64,000 bases of DNA from Kondoa subrosea (taxonomy: Eukaryota). Under the pieces are notes generated by a model. It ran no database searches, was not told the origin of the DNA, and was given only the letters and a program-made list of their open reading frames with translations. Made by a program: the position numbers and the translations under genes. Position 1 is the first letter of the stretch. Each line of letters opens with the position of its first letter. Positions 1-10,971 of the stretch are shown here, piece by piece. The stretch covers positions 3,289,136 to 3,353,135 of the forward strand of contig BCIN01000001.1 in the NCBI GenBank assembly GCA_039545335.1. The letters are read 5' to 3'.

Positions 1-375
1 GCTGGTCTACCTACTTCAAACACCTCGATGGATATCGATCAACCTTCTTTACCTCTCCCTATGATCAATCTTGTTGAAGCTGTCGCAGCTGGACTTCGTA
101 GCAGGAAAAGATCCACTGAAATTCTCAAGCTAGAAATAACCAAACCTATCACAGCAAGACAACAGACTTTGAAGAAGAGGAAACGAATAAGTGAATCGTC
201 CGTCTCATCTTTGGAGCAGGAGAAGGAGAACGAAAATGGAAGAGCATCAGGAGCAATCTCGGAAGTCGTCAAAACGGAAGATGAAGAGCTTTCGGGTTCG
301 GGTACAAAAGAGAAGTTGGCTGATAGAGTTATTGGATATGGTTTGAGCCCTCTTTTGGATGCGCAAGGACGATAA
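1..375 (+). CDS. 3' end of a hypothetical protein (partial)
   Basis: Open frame from the window edge to TAA at 373-375; charged low-complexity sequence with an NLS-like KKRKR. Confidence 0.5.
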   Translation, partial: AGLPTSNTSMDIDQPSLPLPMINLVEAVAAGLRSRKRSTEILKLEITKPITARQQTLKKRKRISESSVSSLEQEKENENGRASGAISEVVKTEDEELSGSGTKEKLADRVIGYGLSPLLDAQGR

Positions 376-606
376 ACGGAACCTTTTCGGTCGCGCTCAT
401 TTGTATGTAATTCTTTCAGTTGAGTTGTTGTTGTATTTATGCTCTTCCTTGAATTCCTTGCTTGTCTACTGTGCTGCCCGCCTCTGCTGTTAGACCTGTC
501 TCTTTCTGATCTTTCATTGGTTCTCGTGAAATATGCAAATGCGTGCTTTGATATAATGCTCATGCCGTTGTACCTGTACATGCATGCTATGCTCCTTCCT
601 CTCTTC

Positions 607-1642
607 TCATACGGAGGCCCGCTCCCCCCCTTCTTCACTGGCGCTCTGCGGTCGCCGTCGTCGGGGTCTTGTAGATCTTGGAGCATCTCGGCAATCATCC
701 AGCCCAACTAATGACGCGCTTTCAGCAAGTTGAAGCAGCCTTTTGGGACGCAACAGAAACGTACTTCGACAGCATCGCGTACAAGGCCTAAGAACAAGAG
801 AAAGGAATGGTCTCAGCTTGCGATGAATCTGCAAATTGAGCATGCATTCTCACCTGGCTTCACTGCACTTCTTGTTCGCCTACGAGAAAGCAGCGTGTCA
901 GTCTTCGGATACTTGACAAATGCAATTAGTACCCACGACTTGACAATGCACCTGTTTGACGGGAAGCAAAGTCAGGTCTAGCCCAAAAAACGCCTTCAGG
1001 AGACGTACGCATGCTCGTTTAACCCTCCGTGGCTCGGGCTCCAACTTGACATCATTCAAGTTCACAATCGTTTCTATCCGCTCTGATGTTTAAATAAGCC
1101 AAAACATCAGACCACATTTTCATTTTAAGATCGACAATCCCGACCCGGAGCGGTACGTACCTTCAACGTATTTGGGCTCTTCTACGGCGTGATTGTGAAG
1201 GGGTTGGGTCAGAGGATATGCTGGATATGGTGGTTGCAGAGGGGGAGAGTTGTTGGAAGAAGAGCTATACGAAGTAGAAGGCCGTCTGAGATTCGGCAAA
1301 AGGTCATCTGTAACAAAAGAAAATGTGTTTAGCCAGGCCACAGAATGTACTTGCAAAACCCTCACTTGATTTTGTAGGAGTATCAGAGGCTGAACTCCAT
1401 CCCTTATATCCGTTATAGGCATTGTTCATAAATATCATTTGATCCGTGTTTGAGGAGTTTTTGCGGTCTGATGCCAGGGAAGCTAGGGTATGAGCAGTAG
1501 AGAGATCCGCTATTGCAATGGAAGAAGGAGGAGATGGAGTCGGAGCAGAATATATTGAAAGCATTGGCTTGAGAAGCAAATGACGATGAAGTGAGACTGG
1601 AAGGGAGCTTGTAGTGCTTGCAGATCCGTATTCTCCAAACAT
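607..1642 (-). CDS. Zn(II)2Cys6 zinc-cluster transcription factor with C-terminal DNA-binding domain
   Basis: Splicing GT-AG introns (small exons 937-951, 854-879, 765-787) gives RRVKRACVHCQVANKKCSEARPCTRCCRIGLDDC, matching C-x2-C-x6-C-x5-C-x2-C-x7-C. Start codon uncertain. Confidence 0.8.
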
Positions 1643-2061
1643 GGTTGGTGTTTGGGGAAAGCAAAAATACAGGCGGTAGGAAGCGGGAGTAAGCAAGAAA
1701 GGAGAAATGAAAAGACGATCTTAAGGCGGAGATCGACAACTGCGATTAGACTTGCCGGTCTGGACCTGAGGTCTCGACTTTTCTGCGCGGTGGAGCTGTC
1801 TTCCGCAACTAGAGTCTGGAGAGAGCGTTGCGCCGACAGCTGTAAAGCGGAAATGAAAACATTCGAGACGCCAAACAAAAAGAAACCAACAGACAGCTCA
1901 ATATTATATACATCGAATTGTTAGTAGCCCTTTGGCGAGATGATACATGTTACAGCATAGCTTTTAGCATTTACACTGCATATGAAGTCAGTGGACTGCG
2001 CAGAAGGAGAGTTCTTCAAACATACCATGCTTTTTTGGGTTAGACTATTATAGGCGATCTT

Positions 2062-3018
2062 TTATTGCTTTCGAGCTCTTTTGCGCGTCGTTGGTCCAGT
2101 ACTAGCCGCTGAGCGCTTCTTCTTATTGCTGCTGACCTGGATATGAGGTGTCTCTTCGCAAGTAGAAGCGATGCCGACTGAACACATCTGAGATTAGCCT
2201 TTCTTCATGAGTGTAACTATAACTTACCTTTTCGGCAGCGGAAGCAGGGTCTATGTAGTGAAAGGTAATTGAACAATCAAAGACTTCAAGGGCCAGAAGA
2301 GCGACCTTACCGGGTATTGTCGCAAAGCTTGTCAATAGCTTGACAGCTAGTCTGTGTCGAATGTGGCATTAGTATAGAGTGGTTTCGTAGCGAATAAACC
2401 TACGCAAGGTTGTTGAGGCAACGGTCGAACTTCTCCTGTCGGGGAGAAACGAGAAAGTGGATCGCGGAAAGCGATTATTGCACCATCTGTGTGCTCTTAG
2501 TCTCGTCCACTGCAGAAATCTTGCGACTGACCATCATTGACCATGGTTTGAACATCGGCTGGAACTGAGACAAGATTAGCGATCTTAGGCGAAAGCATTA
2601 CACAAGCAAACGTACTGGGTATGAAGTAGCCACGTATATCGTCAATGGCACCGCTTGTATAGTTGGAAGCGATAGCAACATTTGCCAAAGTACGAAGCGG
2701 AGCAACTTCTGGAGCACTCGGATGCGGAGAAGGTAGTTCAGCTAATAGTTTGGCAGGATTGGGAGTGCCGGTGATATCGAGAGGTGGGATCTGGATTCCT
2801 GTGAGTATTGATACTTTACTCAGGGATCGACTTACCGAATATAGAGGATTTTCAGTAGGCAGAGGAAGCTGCTTGTTTTCCAAGGCGGATGCGATGGTTC
2901 TTCTATGATATGGTGCAGGTCTTGTAAGGACAGGAGTGCTTCTTGTCGGGCCCAGTAAAGCTTCTTCCGATGGTTCTCGAAGCAGGAACTGCTGCAAAGC
3001 TGGAGGCAGGGCAGACAT
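2062..3018 (-). CDS. hypothetical protein, spliced
   Basis: 173-aa ORF from ATG 3018, continued through GT-AG introns to a probable TAA at 2062; no family recognised. Confidence 0.5.
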
Positions 3019-4012
3019 TTTGAACTTGGGTAAGCAAGTTGAAATGGCTTTAAAATATGAGGGAGCGAAAAGGTAGCAAGAAAGAGGAGCGTCGATTTAT
3101 CAGAAGAAGAAATGACCAGGCATTAATCGACTGTCGAATAAGGTTTACGGATTCTTGATTTCGTAACATATTAAAGTGCAGCAATAAAACAAAAAGTGGT
3201 GTCAGCGCCTCGTATTCAGCGGAGAATCAGGCGTATGTTTCACGGCGACAAAAGCGATTGAAAGACAGGAAGGATCCATTGTTTGCATGTCGTCTGCTAA
3301 AGCTGCCAGTACGAGTATTGAAACGGCGCTTGATCAATAGCTGAGGTCCTGGAGCAAGTGGATTGCTGTATAAGACACAGGTATCAAGCATTGAGAGCAG
3401 GATTGAGAGGCATTCGAATTGGGATTCTAATGAGAAATTTGGCGTTTCAACGACTTGTTGAGCGATAGATTGGGACGGAGAGACTATCTTGAGTATGATC
3501 TGAGCTGGTCTGGAGCGCTTGAGACTGGTAAAGTGGTTGATAGCTGACAACACTCGAAATATCAGATAACACGGCATCTGTGCACAGGAGGAGAGATCTC
3601 TCGACCAGCTTTCGTAATCTCCTCACTAGCATCCTTCTGCAGTGCACGACCGGAATCTTGTATCATTCACATTGTGTTAATGTGATTCCATTGCTGGCAT
3701 GAGCTAAAGACTTGTCAAATACCGGTTACGCCATGCCTCGAATGCGTCTCGTCTATGGCACAGCTCTGTCTGGCAGGCAGCAATTAGAGATGTACTTATC
3801 CTCGTACGCGAGACGCGTATTACGTAAGACGCGTTGGGAAAGCAAAAAAAAAAAGATTTCTTATGTTCGGAGGCTAGGCGAATCGATTATTTGGACGCGA
3901 CCTGATGTTCTGACAGAGCATGAAACGGATAGCATGGATGCCTGATGATTTCCAGGCTCTATCCGAAGCAAAAAAAAGCTTGTGGTACGCATATGATGCC
4001 TGCGACTCGGGC

Positions 4013-4016
4013 AAAA
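4013..4016 (-). terminator. putative Pol III T-tract terminator of tRNA-Ile
   Basis: GTTTCCTTTT immediately follows the discriminator base; a longer T run lies at about 3969-3977. Confidence 0.45.
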
Positions 4017-4022
4017 GGAAAC

Positions 4023-4186
4023 TGAACAGTACCAGGGTTGAACTGGTGACCTTCGCATTACGAATAGGATGATCTATTAGTACGACGCTCTAACCAACTG
4101 ACTAGAGAGAAGAAGGAAGGAGGAAGGAGGAGAAATTTATTTTCTTTTCTTTTTTTCTTTAAGGAAGGAACTCACGCTAACCGTCC
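4023..4186 (-). tRNA. tRNA-Ile(AAT) with two introns: 74-nt GT-AG segment in the D-stem (4102-4175) and 16-nt canonical anticodon-loop intron (4059-4074)
   Basis: Exons 4186-4176 GGACGGTTAGC, 4101-4075 TCAGTTGGTTAGAGCGTCGTACTAATA and 4058-4023 ATGCGAAGGTCACCAGTTCAACCCTGGTACTGTTCA. Stems: acceptor GGACGGT/ACTGTTC, D GCTC/GAGC, anticodon TCGTA/TGCGA, T ACCAG/CTGGT with loop TTCAACC. Anticodon AAT at 4078-4076; discriminator A. Confidence 0.9.
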
Positions 4187-4216
4187 TTGGATGAATTGAG
4201 GCAGTTTCCGATTGAC

Positions 4217-4225
4217 TTATATAAA
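4217..4225 (-). promoter_or_regulatory. TATA box upstream of tRNA-Ile
   Basis: TTTATATAA on the minus strand, 31-39 nt upstream of tRNA G1. Confidence 0.6.
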
Positions 4226-5082
4226 GGACAGAAAAATCACGGACGCCTGCCGTTGATTGTTTGTAGGGCAGCTTCTCCAAAATCTCACATCGAGATCCTC
4301 GGTTCTCGTTCATCGTCGGCTGTACCTGACTGCAGAGCCAATCCCAGATCTTCTTCATCACACTATCGTCGAGAATCTCGTTCACCATTCACCGTTGACT
4401 TGCCCGAGACATCAGCTATTCGTTTGGAATCGCAAGACTCAGTGACCAGTATGATGAGTTGCTCTGCATCTTGAATGTGGAAGAGATCGAAAGCCTTGAC
4501 ACAGAGATATGGACGAGAGAGAAGTAAGATCGACGTTTTCGCATTAAGCAATGCCATCCATGTGTTAAACCAGGTACCTGCGATGCCTGGGTTCAGTGAA
4601 GCGAATCATGAGAGGTTCAATATGTATCGTAAAGCAAGGCACGTCGCAGTCTTTGCTCTCTTCGACTATACCGGGAAAGGCAGAAGAAGAAGAGAGAATA
4701 GCTGTAGAGACACAGCATGCGACCGATGTTCGCTACAGGCAGAGGACAAGCTGCATGCCATTCGAAAGCTAAAGTAAAGTAGATCTCAATGAGTAGACTC
4801 TCAGACAAAGGTGTCGAGTCAATGATCAAACAAATGGATTGAGATAAGAATCGACTTCGCTTTCTTCGGTCGACAATCACAAGATGGTAGGTAGGCTGCT
4901 GCCTCTGCTCTGGCACTAATTCGTCGAAAATGAGGTGTAAAATTGTAGTGTAGAATCGACGTTGCTGGAAGACAAAGGTATCTGTACATAAATGCATGAA
5001 TGCCAGCTGCACGAGAGGAAAGCCACCACAGTACACAGATTTGTCTCATTCACATCATACTCCCAAATGTGATTCTTCTACT

Positions 5083-6639
5083 TCAATTGCGTTGAAGCCA
5101 ACGTCCAATGCCGAATTTCAGTGAGGAAGCAGATGAGCTCATTTCTTGATTTAAGGGAAAGCGCTGAGAAGGGGGATCCGCAGCTGTAAGGTGAACGCCT
5201 CGGTGATACGTGTCTTGATCATCGGATCCCTGTCCAAGTTGACCGCTGTCTCCAGACCTCATTGGCTGATTTACGTCGGCCTGTGATCCGTATGATTGAG
5301 GGTGGTTTGCGCCTATTGAATCTGCAGACTGAGTCGGTCTGCCGACATTGCCTACTGGAATCTTTGATGCCGCAATGTTAGACGGAGAAGGCGTTGCGAC
5401 CGACGAAGTCTCGTCATCTGTATCGCTTGAAGTATCGCTGTCGCCATTAGCTCCAAGCCATACTGCTGGCCCAGGATATTTGAAGTCTGGACTAATTTCT
5501 GGAGTGACCTGCAAAAACGATAAACGATGCTACATGGCAGAGTTGAAAGACGAACTTTATAGCTGGAGAAGATGCCCGTTTCCTGAGAAAACTTGTCTGA
5601 AGTAGTTCCTGAAGGTAAAGGGACATTGCCATTGCCTTGTACATCCAATTGCGTGCAGAAGACAAAGAGCTGCGGTGTATCAAAGTGAATTGCTCTGAGA
5701 CAGTATCATTAGTACAGGGAGCATGACCTCTTTCTTGGACTCACACTAGCTCGTTTCTCCACTATTGATCATAGTTAGCTATAGCAACCAGGTGCACGCA
5801 ACAACCAACAACGTATTGACCAGCTCTTAAGTTCTGGGGTACTTTGAGTGTCCAAGCTGATCCATCTTCCAACATCTTAGCTAGAGCCCATAGGCCCGGC
5901 TGTCCTTCTGCAGGATGTTTCTCTCCTTTACCGACCAGCAACTTGTGCAGTTTTGGATCCATAACTGTTTGAGTGTCAAAGGTAGCTTCCTGTATTTTGG
6001 TCCAGCCAGCATTCGTTACATCGGCGGAAGCTAGAGAAGCCAATCAGCTGAGTGACGGTCTTCCTAAAGGTTTACTTACAGCAGTCGTTGTTCTCGCATT
6101 CAGCCAACCAGTCGGAAATTGGCCCAATACCGTGAGTATAAGGCATGAAGTGACCAGCTGTGTCGGGCTCTGGGCCTTTTACTCCAGGAGGATATTGAGT
6201 ATAGCTATACAGCTCGGGAGTAGGTCCAGATATATACAGTGTAACGGAGTCGCCGGCTACGAGAATCGATGAGCGTGCTTCAATCGGTGTGAAGCTTGGT
6301 AGACTTACCAGCTACTTTGACATTCTCTGGTGCAGGCTCGGCAGCCGATTGACCACAACTCATCTTACTGTGAAAAGTGTATTGAGTACAAGCTCCGAAC
6401 AATGCATATCAGGCTGACCTAGCATCACCGAAATCTGGATATTCGATCAAGGCTTGTCCTTTTGACGGATCAGTCTGCCAAGCAGCTCGTATAGCTGTGT
6501 TCGTGTTTGACTGCCAGGGTAAACGAGCTTCATTTATGCTCCCGTCCGATTTGAGAATAGTGCGATTGGGCCAGCCATGAGCTGCTACATGGGCCATCGC
6601 TGTAGCTAACAGTAAAGGCAGCGACAATACAGCCTTCAT
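5083..6639 (-). CDS. secreted lytic polysaccharide monooxygenase, AA9 (GH61)-like, with disordered C-terminal tail
   Basis: Signal peptide followed by His1 (HGW). Spliced exons give THGIGPISDWLAEC, WTKIQE, VPQNLRAGQYVWRNELVAIH, PQLFVFCTQL and YPGPAVW. Confidence 0.85.
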
Positions 6640-7333
6640 CAAACACGGAGTTGATTACGAGAGATGAAGACAAATGAATAGCGTCAAAAGCAAAAGCAGA
6701 AACAAAGCGATGAAAGGGAATGAGTTTGCCAAGCCGGGTGTCAAGTCCATATGATTCAGAGTACAGATGCTGAACGCGATAGTACAGTGATGAAACGGAC
6801 CAGATCTTCGAGACAAACAAGAGATACAAATCATCCTCCAAGGATGGACAGAAGGCGAACTCGAAGATGCCGTACAGATGACATCTTTGCAATGCACCAG
6901 ATCCATTGAGGCCTGTGGAATGATGAGCTGACACAATTGCTACTGACCAGAACCCATCTTACGCGCTTAAAGTTGAAGATCTCTTGTCTCGACCAAACTT
7001 TGACCTGCTGCCTCCTAATTTCGTTGCGCTTGACTACTGTAGACTCAGTCGTATGGGTTGTCCTTGTTGGACCGCATGATCAGGACAACTTTCCTTTTCC
7101 GGTGTTGGACAAGCCTTGTCGAAAAGACCTCTTGAGGAAGGTACCTTCTGTCGTAGGTCTAGCGTGACCTTTGTCCGAGGCACTATTGCTTCTCTTAATT
7201 TCTGCTCGCTCGTTGCTCTTGACCAAGTCGCCCTGGAAGAGCTGGACTCTGCCTCGACTATCTCATCTGTACCTGCATCTCATTTGGCCCTTTCTAGCAT
7301 CGGTTCCCCTCTCTTCTCTGCACGCGATACCTT

Positions 7334-8216
7334 ATGTCTCCCATCACGACAGCATCTCCTACCCGTCCCAGAGCAATCTCTGTCTCGGCTCACGAATCCA
7401 AAGCAATTGCAGTCCACACATATTCGGACGAAGATTATACCTCCAGCTCGTTCTCAGGCTCAGAGGACGACGACGAAATAGAAACAAGTGAAGACGACGA
7501 AGACGATGACGAACGGTTCCAGGTTATCTCACCAAACCGCCAGAGGACATTTCAACCGGTTGACAACGACCGCCTGACTGGCTTCAGCTCTACTGGCCAG
7601 CGCTCTCTTATTAGTCGCAATGCTCGCAAGCAGCTGTCTCTTCAGGCCGCTATGGGCAGTTTCCGTGCGTTTGCTCATGATTCCCTTTGTCAAGCTTGGT
7701 AATTGACGTTCATCTTCTGATGATCAGGGGACAAGATACTCTCACCTGCTCTATCGTCGAGCGTTGGCGAATCCACCTTCTCTCCCGGCTCTCCCTTCGC
7801 TTTCACTCCGATGCCTTTTCAAGAATCACCAATAACTCCAACTATCATCGAACCACTCCAATCTCCCAAAGAAGCCACAAATATGCTACGTCGATCTGCT
7901 TCTCTTGATATTCTGCACCGTCGTGAACACAATGGCAGTACTTTCACTCCTCCAACTTCAAGACATACAAGAAGTCGTTCCAATGGAAAAGCTTTGCCAA
8001 GCTTGGATCAACTTGCAAGCTGGAAATTGAAGAAGATGGCAGCAAACGAAGTGGACGAGAATGAACTTGTGATTTATCTTGAAAAGGCTCCTCGTTCGCC
8101 GACTTCTATTGCAGGTCGGTCATTTGTTTCTTTGGCGCGTTCATTCGGGCTAAGGCTGAAGAACTATGATAGCTCGTGGCAGACATCTCAATATCCTCTC
8201 GCGCAGAACAGATTGA
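7334..8216 (+). CDS. hypothetical Ser/acidic-rich protein
   Basis: ORFs 7334-7702 and 7811-8269 can be joined by GT-AG introns; probable stop at 8214-8216. Confidence 0.55.
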
Positions 8217-8383
8217 ATTCATTGTGCCTTTATAGCATGTTAAAACGGACATTCACAAGTGTAAAATAGCATATCTTTCATGACAATATCGTCCATCATT
8301 CAAAGACTATCTATCTATATTGCATTCTAAACATATTAATGACAAAACTCTTTCCCTTGAAGCGCGACAAGAGTCCATGTTAT

Positions 8384-10363
8384 TCAAGCTTCATACATCT
8401 CCACCGACTGCTTCCTTTCTTCACTCGAACCCGCACTTGCTGTGCCAGCTTTCCCAGCTTCCAACTGCTTGACCCTACTTTCCAAAAACGAATTGATTAA
8501 TTCTAACTCCGCTATCCGAGTTCGGAGCAAGTCCACTTCGCTCATTTCTCCCTCTACAGTAGTAGAAGGTCTTTCAGAGGAAGATCGACCATGTTTGCCC
8601 AAAATTGATTCTTCCCTCAGATTTCCCCGCATGTTTGAGTAAGCATCCACTCCTCTACCTCTAGAAGTCGATGCTCTATAAAAAGGCTGTTGCGCTTTAT
8701 GCAAAGAAGAAGGAGGATGAGGCGGCATAGTTCCAGCTGGGAAAGAAGTCAGTTCTTGGTTCCAAGCAGGTGAAGGTGAATTCGATCTGGACCCTGATCT
8801 GGAAGCGATTCTGACAGCTTCGAGAGAATGGTCCAGGATACTTTGTGTATCGCCTCCTGCAAGAGCTGGTTTACGTGTAACGCTTCGTCCACGTCGCTCC
8901 TGGGGAGAGTCTATTGTTGAACGAAGCGCTTCAATAGCGGGAATAGTTTGATCTTCAGCTACGGAAGCTAAGACTGGGGAACGGGATGCAACTTGAGGGA
9001 GAGAATGTTGAAAATAAGGTGAGTGCATGTTATTTTTCCCTTCGGAAGAATCTGAAGATCCAGAATGAGAAGTATTGGGACGATCGTTAAAGGGAGGGGA
9101 GATGTTATTCGACCTATGTTGATCAAAATTGGGAGCTTGAGGTGGAAAGGAAGCTTGCGAAGGGTCTTGATTTAGCTGTACGTCTTCCCCTGCTCCTTGA
9201 ATTGGCGGTAGCATTATTCTGTCTCGTTGTCTGCCTCGAGCTAAATCTGCTTGATAAGGACCTTCATCTTCTCGTAAATGCTGTGTAAGACTGCTCAGAG
9301 ATGGTAAAACAAGACGTTGATTGTTCACTGCTTCCATGTTTGGAGACTGTCGTGGACTTGATCGAGATGAACTAGCTTGCTGCTGCTGTTGCTGTTGCTG
9401 CGAAGAGGGTGGGAAGGAAGGATAATTTTGATCCCTCGGGATAAAGTTGGAGTAGTAATTGGCATAAGGAGAATAAGAATGTTGTAAACCCGACGGGTAC
9501 TGTGGGTGATGAAGCTGATGAGGATATGCTGGCTGACTTGGCGATCTACCGGCCATAGAGTTTCGCGAAGGAGGTAATTCTAACCTTGCATCAACAGATG
9601 CGCTTCGACTGTTCGTGCCAGAAGCAGGTGATCTTTTTGCGGCATCATTTTGCATTGTAGAAGCAGCAAACTGAGCAGCCCAAGGATTATTAGAAGGTGA
9701 CTGAAAGTTCCGTTGATGTTGTTGTGCAGCAAAGGCAGCCAAATGATCCAGCTGAGCTTGATTTCGCTGACCATTCATCATTTGGTTCGGGTCGGTTCTC
9801 TGTCTTTTGCCATTCGCTCTCCCTTCCACACTTTCTCCTTCCTCCCAGCTCATATCTACATCCGAGCCGCTCGTCCTTCTGTCATGGCTTGTTGCATCTG
9901 GTCCACCGTTTTCCATGTTGGCAAGGGTGACAGCAGCAATTCGAGCAGCTTTATCTTTCGCTTTGCCTTTACTTCTGTTCCGATGCTTGATAACATCTGT
10001 TTTGAGCGAAACAGGTCGGGCGAAGCCCTTGGGACCCGGGCATCAGATGCTGATGTATTGCATTCATAGGTCCAACGGCTTACCTTCTTTTTCAAGTGTA
10101 AGGAGCACGCATTACACAGCACAGATCCATTCTCACTTCTTCGCCAAAGAGGTGTAGTCTATGATCAAAGCACATTTGAGCTTTCACTCAACTTCAAGTT
10201 TCCGCTTGAAACTGACCTGGGTTCCACAATTTGAGCATATAGGCTGATTTGGATCACTGGCTACTGCTGGTATTGAATCTTGAGAAGATGAACCAGTGTA
10301 TGGTACAGGAGGTGGAGGAGAGATGCTTTCAGGCGTAGTGGTATTTGATTTATCAGCTGCCAT
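8384..10363 (-). CDS. GATA zinc-finger transcription factor with C-terminal coiled coil
   Basis: Spliced CSNCGTQ|TTPLWRRSENGSVLCNACSL (C-x2-C-x17-C-x2-C); large Q/S/P-rich terminal exon ending LRTRIAELELINSFLESRVKQLE. Confidence 0.9.
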
Positions 10364-10971
10364 GGATGGAGATTGCCTGGATAAGTAAAGAGGAAAAGTT
10401 TCAGCCTACGTTCATCGACTTAGTCTGTCTGCACAGAGGATGTTGGACAAGCAGATCTATCTGGCAACCGCGCGTGAAATTCTGACTGCATGACTATCGA
10501 TGTTATTTCGGAATTGATCTCTTCTTGTAGTGGCAGAGTCTATCCAGATAGCATAGCTATGCAGAGTCCAGCCGTATAAACGACAGGCGACCGGACCAAT
10601 GCAGTTCCAAAAATGGGACATAGCAAGCCAAAAGAGTTCGTGGACTTACGATATCATGCGTTGCTGCCCATCGGTGTTGAGAGAAAGTGAACCAATAGGT
10701 GGATCGCGGAGTACTGAAGGCTCTTGTATCGAAAGCATATCTCAATTAGACTACTCGCCAATCAATCCGGATAAAGTTCGATAACGATAAGCCAGCACAC
10801 GAGGCGAGGGGATTGGTCAGAATGTCAAGGCTTCTGACACGGCATGAGAGGGTATACTGCTTGCAAGTGTAGGCGTGTGCTTCAGTTGTTGGCTGAATCA
10901 GGAAGAGTGGGCCTTGCTTATGCAAAATCTCAAAGATTTATTAGAGTTGTCGCCGAACCAAATTTCGAGCA

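Noticed and set aside
39..707. 222-aa minus-strand ORF
   Set aside because: Alternative frame of the Zn2Cys6 gene's last exon and 3' UTR, and antisense to the plus-strand CDS.
3227..3650. Possible minus-strand gene
   Set aside because: No coherent spliced model or motif could be built.
3806..3835. Cluster of ACGCG/ACGCGT (MCB-like) motifs
   Set aside because: No clearly associated cell-cycle gene; such short motifs occur elsewhere in the window.
4137..4388. 83-aa minus-strand ORF running into the tRNA 5' exon and the GTGAGT donor
   Set aside because: No recognisable protein features; it crosses the TATA box and would stop three codons after the splice. The tRNA explains the junction better, although a Pol II host transcript is not formally excluded.
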